DNA of 64,000 nt from an uncultured Methanosarcinaceae archaeon (GTDB taxonomy: Archaea; Halobacteriota; Methanosarcinia; Methanosarcinales; Methanosarcinaceae), in NCBI GenBank assembly GCA_963727895.1, contig CAVSHT010000009.1, positions 96,001 through 160,000 of the forward strand, in the 5' to 3' direction. A model generated the notes under the pieces. The model did no database searches, was not told where the DNA came from, and saw only the letters and a list, made by a program, of their open reading frames with translations. Shown here one piece after another: positions 33,900 to 43,358 of this stretch (its first letter is position 1; every line of letters begins with the position of its first letter). The translations under genes and the position numbers were made by a program.

Positions 33900-34639
33900 G
33901 GTATTGTTACTTAAATATGTCCAGTTCTTTATTTCTTTATTTCATCAATAGAATAACCGAGTACTTTAGCATTTCAAGACTCTTCGCATAACACTTTGTC
34001 TTTCTTCTCAACCTTGCCAAAAAGTGCCTCAATATGCTGTTATATCCTTCAACAGTATACGTTTCTGCTTTTGATTGAGTATGAATCGTTTCAGGAAGAA
34101 ACTCTGCATATGCCCTCCAGTGATCTGTCATCACTTCTCCAATCTCTTTTTTCTTCAATTTTTCCCAGAGTAGTTTTCCAGTTTCCGTTCCTCTGCTACC
34201 AAAAGAGCAGTTGATAAACTTTTTCCCAACTCTATCAACAGCAATCCAGATCCAGCAATATTTTTTTTGTTACCGATGTAAGTGTACATTTCATCCATTT
34301 CAACAATAGATATCTCATTTTCACTTTTTAGGTCCTCTAACTCTTGACCAAATTTCTTTATTCATTTTTGGACAGAAACGTGACTTACCCCTAAAACTCT
34401 TCCTATTGAGCGAAAGCCCAATCCTTCAAGATAGAGTTGTAAATCCTGTCTTTTTACAGAAGCGGAAAAAGCAGTTGATTTTAGCTCTACTGTATAGTTA
34501 TAGCCACAATCAGAGCATTTGTACCGTTGACGTCCGCCAACTATACCATTCTTTTTGTAATTAGAACTATTGCATCTGGGGCAGTTCATGCAGAAATATA
34601 TGTTATAAGCATATATATCTATTTTTGTGTACCAATTCC
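33900..34639 (-). mobile_element. IS1-family insertion sequence, copy 2 (740 bp, defective)
   Basis: Ends GGTATTGTTAC / GTACCAATTCC; InsA CPRC...QRYKCSDC and InsB; premature stops. Confidence 0.92.
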
Positions 34640-34886
34640 ATTTTCTTTAATCTATTTTTTCAGTTTTAGTAAAATAAAAAGATATTTCAGTACTTTGGTA
34701 TTTCTGTATGCTCCACTTATTCAGAGAGATCATACTTTTTAATCAAAGAATATATCCGAGTGAACAATAAAAATTTTTTTATTTGGTGAGTGAGTAATTC
34801 CATAACTGTACACGTATGTTTATAAACAATAAACCAGTTCAGCCTACTACTAGAAAACAAATACTAACACTTAGAGGAAACACGAA

Positions 34887-35342
34887 TTGATTAGAAAAGC
34901 TAGGGTAAATGACGTAGTTGTGATGAAGCAGATTATCAACACTTATTCAAAGGAAGAGCTAATGCTAGCCCGTTCATTGAGTGAGATGTACGAAAACATC
35001 AGGGATTATTATGTTTGTGAGATTGATGGAGAGGTTGTGGGATGCTGCGCCTTGCATGTTATATGGGAAGATCTTGCAGAGATACTTGCCCTTGCCGTGC
35101 ACTCAGAACATGAACGAAAGGGAATAGGCACAAAGCTTGTTTCAGCCTGTCTTGAAGATGCTGAAAACCTTGGTATGAAAGATGTCTTTGCACTTACTTA
35201 TGTGCCTGGTTTTTTTGAAACATTGGGCTTTAAGATTGTTGACAAGAACAGTCTCCCCAGAAAAATTTGGGCTGGTTGCCTAAAGTGTCCCAAGTTTCCA
35301 GATTGTAATGAAATTGCTGTCCTGAAATCAGTTAATTCCTGA
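34887..35342 (+). CDS. GNAT N-acetyltransferase, short ArgA-like
   Basis: RSLSEMYENIRDY, DLAEI.ALAV, RKGIG, VFALT, C-terminal CLKCPKFPDC. Confidence 0.85.
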   Translation: MIRKARVNDVVVMKQIINTYSKEELMLARSLSEMYENIRDYYVCEIDGEVVGCCALHVIWEDLAEILALAVHSEHERKGIGTKLVSACLEDAENLGMKDVFALTYVPGFFETLGFKIVDKNSLPRKIWAGCLKCPKFPDCNEIAVLKSVNS

Positions 35343-35469
35343 ATTATTTGAATTCTTTTTATTTTTTAATATTATATTACAAAAAATTAATTGGATTTGA
35401 GGAAATCACAGTATCAAATAAATATAAATAACCAAAAATCAAAAATTATTTATCCTGGCGATTACTTTT

Positions 35470-35485
35470 TTTAGGATATCCTAAA
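35470..35485. promoter_or_regulatory. Probable DtxR-family operator
   Basis: Perfect palindrome TTTAGGATATCCTAAA 41 bp upstream of the DtxR-family gene. Confidence 0.7.
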
Positions 35486-35526
35486 TATCTGGTCTTAAGT
35501 CAGGCATACATTGGCAGGATGATGTA

Positions 35527-36192
35527 ATGCAGATAGAGCGATTTGAAGAGTATCTTGAAACTATTCTTTACCTAATAAGAAAGAACCAGAGCCCTGCAAA
35601 GACCAAACAGATCTCTGAAGAACTTAATGTATCTCCCCCGAGCGTGACGGAAATGATAAAAAAGTTACATTCTTCGGGACTTGTAGAGTATACACCTTAT
35701 CAGGGAGTTGAATTAACAGAAGAAGGAACCGATCAGGCTATAAAAATTAAAAGAAAACATCAAGTGCTTGAAACCTTCCTTGTTGATGTTCTTGATTTTG
35801 ATCGAAAAGAAGCCCATAGAGAAGCCTGCGAGCTTGAGCATGCTGTATCTGATGCTGTTCTGGAAAAGATCTACGAATTTCTGGGAAGCCCCGAATATTG
35901 TCCTGATGGGAATCCTATTAACATTGACAAAAATAACATCAAGCTAGAAGATGAATTAATTCCGCTTGATGAAATGGAAGAGGGAAGTTCAGGCAGAATT
36001 ATAAGGGTAACCCTTCCCAGAGAAACAAAGGAACGACTGACTTCTCTTGGGATTCTCACGGGAGAAAATGTTGAAATCAGGCGCAAGCAAAAACAGGGCT
36101 GTATCTCAATAATAGTAGTAGGGTCTGAAATTGCTCTCGGAAAGGATGTTGCAAAGAAAATTTTCATAGATCCAAAACGCAAAAACGTTTAA
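35527..36192 (+). CDS. DtxR/IdeR-family metal-dependent repressor with FeoA domain
   Basis: EEYLETI, LNVSPPSVTEM, EACELEH, CPDGNPI; C-terminal FeoA-like region. Confidence 0.92.
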   Translation: MQIERFEEYLETILYLIRKNQSPAKTKQISEELNVSPPSVTEMIKKLHSSGLVEYTPYQGVELTEEGTDQAIKIKRKHQVLETFLVDVLDFDRKEAHREACELEHAVSDAVLEKIYEFLGSPEYCPDGNPINIDKNNIKLEDELIPLDEMEEGSSGRIIRVTLPRETKERLTSLGILTGENVEIRRKQKQGCISIIVVGSEIALGKDVAKKIFIDPKRKNV

Positions 36193-36240
36193 AGGCTCAG
36201 AGAAGGCATATAACTGACATCTAACAGAAAAAACAGAGAT

Positions 36241-38220
36241 GTGATAGGGATTTCTAGTTCATGCTGCACTTCCGAAAACGTCAGTAAAAATAAAACTCCT
36301 TATGATCTGACAATTGCTTTCATAGGAAACCCAAGCGTTGGAAAAAGTGTTTTCTTCAGCAGACTCACCGGAGTAGGTGTAGAGGTTTCAAACTATCCTG
36401 GAACCACAGTTGCACTTAAAAAGGGAATTGTACAAGCTCGGGGAAAAACTATTGAAGTAGTTGATTTGCCAGGCATTTATTCTCTTGGAGTCACAAACGA
36501 AGATGAAAAAGTAACCAAGAAATTTCTGATTGACGAACACCCTGATATAATTATTAATGTCCTTGATGCAAGCAGGCTTGAAAGAAATCTGTACCTAACT
36601 TTACGGCTCCTTGAACTCAATATCCCCATGGTTATTGCGTTAAATCAAGTAGATCTGGCTGCAGACCTTGGAATTCTTGTCGATACGAATGAACTTTCCG
36701 AATTGCTTGGTTTGCCTGTAGTGCCGACAGTTGCAACCTGGGGGATAGGACTCGATGAGGTAATGCTTGTAGCTCTTGAAGAACAGGGTAAAACTCAGGA
36801 ACATTACAGGGTAAAATACAGCTCGTGGATCAGGGAAGCTCTTTCCAGTTTGGACTATGCTTTTCCCAATGTTCCTCCAAGTGCAAAGACTGCAGCTCTA
36901 TTAAACGATGCCGAATTTGTAGAACTTTGCTGCATGCCACCTGAGGCTAATGCCCTTCTTTCTTCAGCCAGGAGGTTAAGGCAGAATCTGGAAATGAAAC
37001 AGGGAATTTCAGTGCCTGATACGGTTGCAAGGGATCTCTATGGAGAAGCAGGATATATTGTTGACAGCGTGATTTCAAGGTTTGAACCTAAAAAGAATTT
37101 ACGAGAAAAAATAGATGCTGTCCTTACCTCACCTAACTTTGGGATCGCAGTACTGGTATCTGCCCTACTCCTGACTTTTCTTTTAGTTTTTCGAGTCGGA
37201 GGTTTCCTTGAAGATTGGATAGTAAATGGAATCTTTGAACCTCATGTGATTCTGCCTGCAGAAGCCGCAACTTCAAATATGCCGCTTATTCTCAGAAACT
37301 TAATTGTATATACTCTCAGGGGAGTTGAAGCAGGATTTGCAATTGCAATTCCATATATTGCGGTCTTTTACGCCATTCTTTCAATATTTGAGGATTCAGG
37401 TTATCTTACCAGAGCAGCTTTTCTGCTGGACAATCTTACTCATAAGCTTGGACTTCATGGAAGAGCTGTGATTCCACTGGTTCTTGGCTTTGGCTGCAAT
37501 GTTCCTGCAATTATGGCAGTGCATTCTCTCGGAACTCGAAGGGAGAAAAGAATAGCTTCTCTCCTTATCTCTTTAATTCCTTGCTCTGCAAGAACCGTCA
37601 TTATACTTGGGCTTGTTGGAACTTTTGTAGGTTTCTGGCCTGCGGTTTCAATATATGTTCTGGAAATTTTCATTATTGCTGTCATGGGTGTGATCTTGGG
37701 AAAAAGCCTTCCAGGTCAGAGAAGTGGCTTTATTATGGAGATGACTCCTCTCAGAAAGCCTGAATTGAAATCTACACTCAAAAAGACCTGGATGAAGAGT
37801 AGAGAGTTTTTGTATATTGCTTTCCCACTTTTGCTTGCGGGAAGCGCTTTTCTGGGAGTAGCCGATGCTCTTGGTCTTCTTTCAATCTTCCAAAATTTTG
37901 TAGAGCCTGTATCAGTGGGCCTGCTGGGACTTCCAGCATTTGCAGCAACTGCTTTGGTTTTTGGGATTCTTCGAAAGGAAATGGCACTTCAGATTCTTGC
38001 TGTACTTGCAGGTACAGCCGATTTTGCGGCTGTAATGACACCTGTACAGATGTACCAATTTGCTGTAATTACAACCATCTATATGCCTTGTGTAGCAACA
38101 ATTGCAGTACTAAAGCATGAACTTGGAACGAAAGATACGATTTTGATAGTTATTTTCACTATATTGTTGGCTCTTGGAATAGGGATCTTGATCCGGATTT
38201 TTGGTCCTTCTTTCCTTTGA
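36241..38220 (+). CDS. feoB: Ferrous iron transporter FeoB
   Basis: GNPSVGKS, NYPGTTV, DLPGIYSL, EDSGYL.R, GFGCNVPA, PCSAR. Confidence 0.95.
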   Translation: MIGISSSCCTSENVSKNKTPYDLTIAFIGNPSVGKSVFFSRLTGVGVEVSNYPGTTVALKKGIVQARGKTIEVVDLPGIYSLGVTNEDEKVTKKFLIDEHPDIIINVLDASRLERNLYLTLRLLELNIPMVIALNQVDLAADLGILVDTNELSELLGLPVVPTVATWGIGLDEVMLVALEEQGKTQEHYRVKYSSWIREALSSLDYAFPNVPPSAKTAALLNDAEFVELCCMPPEANALLSSARRLRQNLEMKQGISVPDTVARDLYGEAGYIVDSVISRFEPKKNLREKIDAVLTSPNFGIAVLVSALLLTFLLVFRVGGFLEDWIVNGIFEPHVILPAEAATSNMPLILRNLIVYTLRGVEAGFAIAIPYIAVFYAILSIFEDSGYLTRAAFLLDNLTHKLGLHGRAVIPLVLGFGCNVPAIMAVHSLGTRREKRIASLLISLIPCSARTVIILGLVGTFVGFWPAVSIYVLEIFIIAVMGVILGKSLPGQRSGFIMEMTPLRKPELKSTLKKTWMKSREFLYIAFPLLLAGSAFLGVADALGLLSIFQNFVEPVSVGLLGLPAFAATALVFGILRKEMALQILAVLAGTADFAAVMTPVQMYQFAVITTIYMPCVATIAVLKHELGTKDTILIVIFTILLALGIGILIRIFGPSFL

Positions 38221-38334
38221 ATTCTTTTTTGGTTATACTCTTCTAGTTATATTCTTTTACATATTTTTGTGCATCAAAAACGTATACTTTTCCTTAGTGA
38301 TATTCAGGGATCTTTTTATTGGGGGTATAAATAA

Positions 38335-39074
38335 AGAATTGGTACACAAAAATAGATATATATGCTTATAACATATATTTCTTCATGAACTGCCCCAGAT
38401 GCAATAGTTCCAGTCACAAAAAGAACGGTATAGTTGGTGGGCGTCAACGGTACAAATGCTCTGATTGTGGCTATAACTATACAGTAGAGCTAAAATCAAC
38501 TGCTTTTTCCGCTTCTGTAAAAAGACAGGATTTACAACTCTATCTTGAAGGATTGGGCTTTCGCTCAATAGGAAGAGTTTTAGGGGTAAGTCACGTTTCT
38601 GTCCAAAAATGAATAAAGAAATTTGGTCAAGAGTTAGAGGCTCTAAAAAGTGAAAATGAGATATCTATTGTTGAAATGGATGAAATGTACACTTACATCG
38701 GTAACAAAAAAAATATTGCTGGATCTGGATTGCTGTTGATAGAGTTGGGAAAAAGTTTATCAACTGCTCTTTTGGTAGCAGAGGAACGGAAACTGGAAAA
38801 CTACTCTGGGAAAAATTGAAGAAAAAAGAGATTGGAGAAGTGATGACAGATCACTGGAGGGCATATGCAGAGTTTCTTCCTGAAACGATTCATACTCAAT
38901 CAAAAGCAGAAACGTATACTGTTGAAGGATATAACAGCATATTGAGGCACTTTTTGGCAAGGTTGAGAAGAAAGACAAAGTGTTATACGAAGAGTCTTGA
39001 AATGCTAAAGTACTCGGTTATTCTATTGATGAAATAAAGAAATAAAGAGATAAATATGTTTAGTTAACAATACC
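38335..39074 (+). mobile_element. IS1-family insertion sequence, copy 3 (740 bp, defective)
   Basis: Near-identical inverted copy of 33900-34639 with the same stops after VSVQK and LLMK; ends in TTAACAATACC. Confidence 0.92.
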
Positions 39075-39085
39075 AAGAAAATTAG

Positions 39086-39160
39086 CGGGCGCGAAGGGAT
39101 TTGAACCCCCGATTTACAGCTTAGGAGGCTGCCGCCATATCCTGGCTAGGCCACACGCCC
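39086..39160 (-). tRNA. tRNA-Arg(CCT)
   Basis: Acceptor GGGCGTG/CGCGCCC, anticodon arm GCAGC-CTCCTAA-GCTGT, GGTTCAAATCC. Confidence 0.96.
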
Positions 39161-39334
39161 ATGAAACATTTTCTAAAAATACCTTATACCTGCTTGTTGA
39201 ATTCACATTTAAGATAAAGCTAGGTAAAGCATTCATAATACCGGTATAAGGTGTATATCAAATTATCGCTTCAGATGAGAGATGTATGTTTCTGTGAAAT
39301 AAGAATAGATCTCTCTGGAAAGTTTTAAATGTAA

Positions 39335-39364
39335 TGTAAACCCTTTTTTCACAAATGGTTAACA
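39335..39364. promoter_or_regulatory. BirA-type operator upstream of bioY
   Basis: TGTAAACC-N14-GGTTAACA matches the BirA box pattern. Confidence 0.75.
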
Positions 39365-39457
39365 ATTGGTTAGTTTTACAATTGGCTGCATATATTTCAA
39401 GGATTAAAAATTAACTTTTATGATGTTAATTATACGGTTATACGATTGATAATATTA

Positions 39458-39557
39458 ATAGAGGTTCAGCCTCTATCAGAAAATAGAGATTCAGTCTCTA
39501 TTAGAAAATAGAAGCCCAGTCTCTATTAGAAAATAGAAGCCCAGTCTCTATCAGAAA
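39458..39557. repeat. 4 x 25-bp tandem repeat with palindromic units
   Basis: ATAGAGGTTCAGCCTCTATCAGAAA followed by three variants. Confidence 0.85.
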
Positions 39558-39732
39558 TTTCAGGTTTTACTAATTAGTTTAAGTTTCTGTATTTCATTCT
39601 TACAAGCCTATATTGCACTGATATATAGCCTAAAAATTTCGGCTATAAGAAACTTTGACAGGTTCAAAACAGGCAAAAAGAGAAACACAGAGTAAAGTTG
39701 ATAAGAGGAAAATAAGAGGAAAAAATGTGCAG

Positions 39733-40290
39733 ATGAAAAACAATGAGTTTTATTTGATCAATAATTCTGAACTAAGAATGATGGTTTTTGCATCTCTTTT
39801 TGCAGCCTTGACTGCTGCAGGAGCTTACATACAGATTCCTATACAATTCTCCCCTGTTCCTGTTACACTGCAGGTTTTTTTTGTCCTTCTTGCAGGAAGC
39901 ATGTTGAAAAGCAAATGGGGAGGTTTGAGCATGATTGTTTATACCCTTCTTGGAATTGTAGGACTTCCGGTATTTTCAGGAGGTAGTTCCGGAATAGGTG
40001 TACTCTTTGGGCCCACAGGCGGATACATAATTGGCTTCATTTTTGCGGCTTATATTATAGGAAAGCTTTCAGAGATGACTGAAACTGCAAAGAAATCCGG
40101 ATTTTTCATTAATACCCTTAACATGATTGCAGGAGTCCTGGCTATTTATGCATGTGGTTTTGTCCAGCTAATGTTTGTAGCTAAACTCGAACCTGCAACA
40201 GCTCTTGCTCTTGGTGTCATTCCTTTTCTCCCTGGAGAAATAGTAAAAACTACAGTTGCCGTATATATTGCTTCAACCCATGAACTCTAA
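39733..40290 (+). CDS. bioY: Biotin transporter BioY (ECF S-component)
   Basis: PVPVTLQ, GLPVFSGG, GPTGGYIIGF, PFLPGE. Confidence 0.93.
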   Translation: MKNNEFYLINNSELRMMVFASLFAALTAAGAYIQIPIQFSPVPVTLQVFFVLLAGSMLKSKWGGLSMIVYTLLGIVGLPVFSGGSSGIGVLFGPTGGYIIGFIFAAYIIGKLSEMTETAKKSGFFINTLNMIAGVLAIYACGFVQLMFVAKLEPATALALGVIPFLPGEIVKTTVAVYIASTHEL

Positions 40291-40396
40291 CTACTTTACT
40301 TTTAATTTTTCTAGAAAAACCTAAATTAAATAAAAAAACTAATGAAATTCTAATTTTCCAGAAAATTGAAAATGAAATAGAAAACTTTGATTAACC

Positions 40397-41221
40397 ATGA
40401 TCAGGCTTGAAAAAGTAAGCTATAGTTACCCTGATGGTACCTTTGCACTTGAGAATATAAACCTGGTAATAAAAAAAGGCGAATTTTTAGGGATAATAGG
40501 AAAAAATGGCAGTGGAAAATCCACACTTGCTCTTCTGATCAGTGGACTCTTGAAACCCCAAACAGGTACGGTTATGATAAAAGAAATGGATACTCATGAC
40601 CTTTCAAAACTGCCTGAAATCCGAAAGTGTGTAGGTATCATATTTCAGAACCCTGAGACTCAATTTGTGGGAAGGACAGTCGAAGAAGATCTGGCTTTTG
40701 GCCCCGAGAATCTTTGCCTACCACCTGTCGAAATCCGAAAGTATGTGGATATAGCGCTTGCCGAAACAGAGCTTGAGAAATACAGGTATCGCTCTCCTAA
40801 AACCCTGAGTGGCGGACAGGGACAATGTGTAGCTCTAGCAGGAGTTCTTGCAATGAATCCTGAATGCCTTATCTTTGATGAGGTAACTTCCATGCTTGAC
40901 CCCGAATCTGGAATAGCTGTTCTTGAAACCATAAAAAAACTGCACCGAAAGGGAAAAACAATTGTATATATTACTCACAATCTTGAAGAACTGCATGACG
41001 CAGATAGAATCCTTGTAATGGAAAAAGGGAAAGTAAAGCTTGCAGGAGAACCTGAGAGTATTTATTCTGATGTTTCTCTCCAAACGCTTGGTTTTGCCCT
41101 GCCTTCACTGTTTGAGCTGGCCAAACATCTGAAAATGCAAGGAATAGTAATACCCTGGGAAAAAACATATTCTCCACAGATCTTTGCAGAGGAAATATGT
41201 CGATTATTCTTGAAAACGTAA
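40397..41221 (+). CDS. ECF transporter ATPase (EcfA1)
   Basis: GKNGSGKST, FQNPETQF, LSGGQ, IFDEVTSMLDP. Confidence 0.92.
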   Translation: MIRLEKVSYSYPDGTFALENINLVIKKGEFLGIIGKNGSGKSTLALLISGLLKPQTGTVMIKEMDTHDLSKLPEIRKCVGIIFQNPETQFVGRTVEEDLAFGPENLCLPPVEIRKYVDIALAETELEKYRYRSPKTLSGGQGQCVALAGVLAMNPECLIFDEVTSMLDPESGIAVLETIKKLHRKGKTIVYITHNLEELHDADRILVMEKGKVKLAGEPESIYSDVSLQTLGFALPSLFELAKHLKMQGIVIPWEKTYSPQIFAEEICRLFLKT

Positions 41222-42018
41222 ATTATTCTTATTCCAGAAAGACCCCTCTCGAAACTCCTGCTTTAAGGGATATTAACCTGCAAATCGAAAAAGGAGAATT
41301 TGTAGGAATAATTGGGGAAAAAGGTGCAGGAAAATCTACTTTAACAAAACTGTTCAACGGACTTTTAAAGCCTGAAACTGGAACTATCCGCGTTGATGGG
41401 CTTGACCCCTCTTCGAAAGAGGCAAAACGCAAGATAGGGATGGTTTTCCAACAGGCCACTGACCAGCTTTTTTGCAAAACAGTGTATGAGGAAATATCTT
41501 TTGGACCTCTGAACTTCGGTTGCTCAAAAAAAGAAACCGAGGAAAGAGTATATGAAGCAATCAAAGCTGTTTCTCTCGACCAGAGCACACTTTTTCGAGA
41601 TCCTTTTAGTTTGAGTGGAGGAGAAATGCAAAGAGTTACTCTTGCAAGCGCGCTGGCCCTCATGCCAGATTACCTGGTGCTAGACGAGCCTATAACAGGG
41701 CTTGATCCTGTTGGGAAAAAGGAAATTCTTGGTTCTTTAAAAAAAATAAAAGATATGGGGACTGCAATCATAACAGTGACCCATAACCTCAAAGGATTTT
41801 TCCCCCTGCTGGATAAAATAGTCCTCATTAAAGAAGGAAGGATAGTTTTTCAGGGAAGTAGGGAAAGTTATCTTGAAAAAGGGTTCACACCTCTTCCACC
41901 TATCGCCTCCATGATGAAAGAACTAAGGGCAAGAGGACTGCCAGTAAATTCTGTAGCATTCACGATTGAAGATGCTCTTGAAGAGATTCTTAGAGCGAAA
42001 TCCGCGCTCAAAAAATAA
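41197..42018 (+). CDS. ECF transporter ATPase (EcfA2)
   Basis: YSRKTPLE, GAGKST, PFSLSGGE, LDEPITGLDP. Confidence 0.92.
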   Translation: MSIILENVNYSYSRKTPLETPALRDINLQIEKGEFVGIIGEKGAGKSTLTKLFNGLLKPETGTIRVDGLDPSSKEAKRKIGMVFQQATDQLFCKTVYEEISFGPLNFGCSKKETEERVYEAIKAVSLDQSTLFRDPFSLSGGEMQRVTLASALALMPDYLVLDEPITGLDPVGKKEILGSLKKIKDMGTAIITVTHNLKGFFPLLDKIVLIKEGRIVFQGSRESYLEKGFTPLPPIASMMKELRARGLPVNSVAFTIEDALEEILRAKSALKK

Positions 42019-42128
42019 CTTTAAATATATAAATCAAGGAAGATATGAAAAAACCAGAACAAAGAGAAATTAGAAATGAAAGTAGAAAAATTTTTGAAGT
42101 ATACCTAAAAGAACAAATGTGAAAGAAT

Positions 42129-42914
42129 ATGAAGGAACCTGTTTTTAGTTACGTACCTGGGACTTCTTTTCTTCACAGGCTTGATCCCAGGACAAAAATC
42201 GTAGCAGTAATGCTTTTAGGAATTCTGACTTTCAGGATTGAAAACTTTTGCAGGTATAGGGATTCTTTTCGCATTTTTCGTTGTCCTTGCTTTACTCTCA
42301 GCGTTGCCTATGAAAATATTTTTCAGATCAGTAAAGCCTATGATGCTGTTTATACTCTTTATTTTTCTTACAAAGCTATTTTTTACCGATGGTAAAACCC
42401 TTGCTTCTTATTGGATTTTGCAACCAAGTCTGGAAGGGTTGGAAACTGGGCTCAAACTTGCTGCCCAATTTATACTCCTTTTGCTTTTTGCAGCCCTTTT
42501 GACAGCCAGTACCGATCCTTCGGCAATTACCGCGGCATAGAAAGAATGCTAAGACCTTTACCGCTTCAATGGCTGAAAATCAGTTCTTTTGAGCTTGCTA
42601 CGATGATGAATATTTCTATAGCATTTCTTCCTCTTCTGTTTGAACGAGTTGAGAGGACAAAAGCTGCTCAGGCTGCAAGAGGAATGGATTTTGTAAGGAA
42701 TCCTCTTCGTTCAATTCCTGCCCTTGCGATTCCTCTGCTAAGAGGTGTAGTCAGGGACGCTGAGGAACTTGCTCTTGCAATGGAAAGCAGAGGTTACCAG
42801 GGAAAAAGGCGGACTTCAATACATGAGCTTTCCATGCAGAAAAGTGATTGGAGGGCTCTTTTTATCCTTACACTTTTTACCATTGTTCTTTTGAATTCTC
42901 TGAAAATAACATGA
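42129..42914 (+). pseudogene. ECF transmembrane component EcfT, two frameshifts
   Basis: YVPGTSFLHRLDPRTK; AQAARG; AMESRGY; split over three frames. Confidence 0.85.
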
Positions 42915-42983
42915 AGAAAATTAGAAGATAGAATAAATGTTTTAACAATGTTCTGAATTACTAGCAGTCTTTACAAAGATATT

Positions 42984-43009
42984 AATATATGAACAATTGT
43001 TCATATATT
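42984..43009. promoter_or_regulatory. SmtB/ArsR-type operator
   Basis: Perfect 26-bp palindrome AATATATGAACAATTGTTCATATATT immediately before the ArsR ATG. Confidence 0.8.
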
Positions 43010-43010
43010 C

Positions 43011-43358
43011 ATGCAAGATAAATGTGAAAGAGTGGATTTAAAACAGATAGAATACTTGTTACAAAAGGTTCCTGATCCAGAAAATATCACACGTATGGCT
43101 GCAGTTTTTCAGGCGCTCCAGTCCGATACTCGCCTTAAAATCCTGTTCTTGCTAAGGCAAAAAGAGATGTGTGTCTGCGAACTCGAGCAGGCGCTTAGTG
43201 TTACTCAGTCTGCAGTCTCGCATGGTCTTCGAACCCTCAGACAGCTTGACCTCGTGAGGGTCAGAAGAGAGGGAAAATTTACGATTTATTATATTGCAGA
43301 CGAGCATGTCAGCACGTTGATTGAGATGTGTCTTGAACATGTGGAGGAAAAAGCATGA
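43011..43358 (+). CDS. ArsR/SmtB-family metalloregulator
   Basis: TRLKIL, EMCVCEL, QSAVSHGLRTL, DEHV...EHVEE. Confidence 0.92.
   Translation: MQDKCERVDLKQIEYLLQKVPDPENITRMAAVFQALQSDTRLKILFLLRQKEMCVCELEQALSVTQSAVSHGLRTLRQLDLVRVRREGKFTIYYIADEHVSTLIEMCLEHVEEKA

Noticed and set aside
38704..38714. A-run between IS1 InsA and InsB frames
   Set aside because: Expected programmed -1 frameshift site of IS1-family elements
39458..39557. Possible CRISPR array
   Set aside because: Units are contiguous with no unique spacers, and no cas genes are nearby
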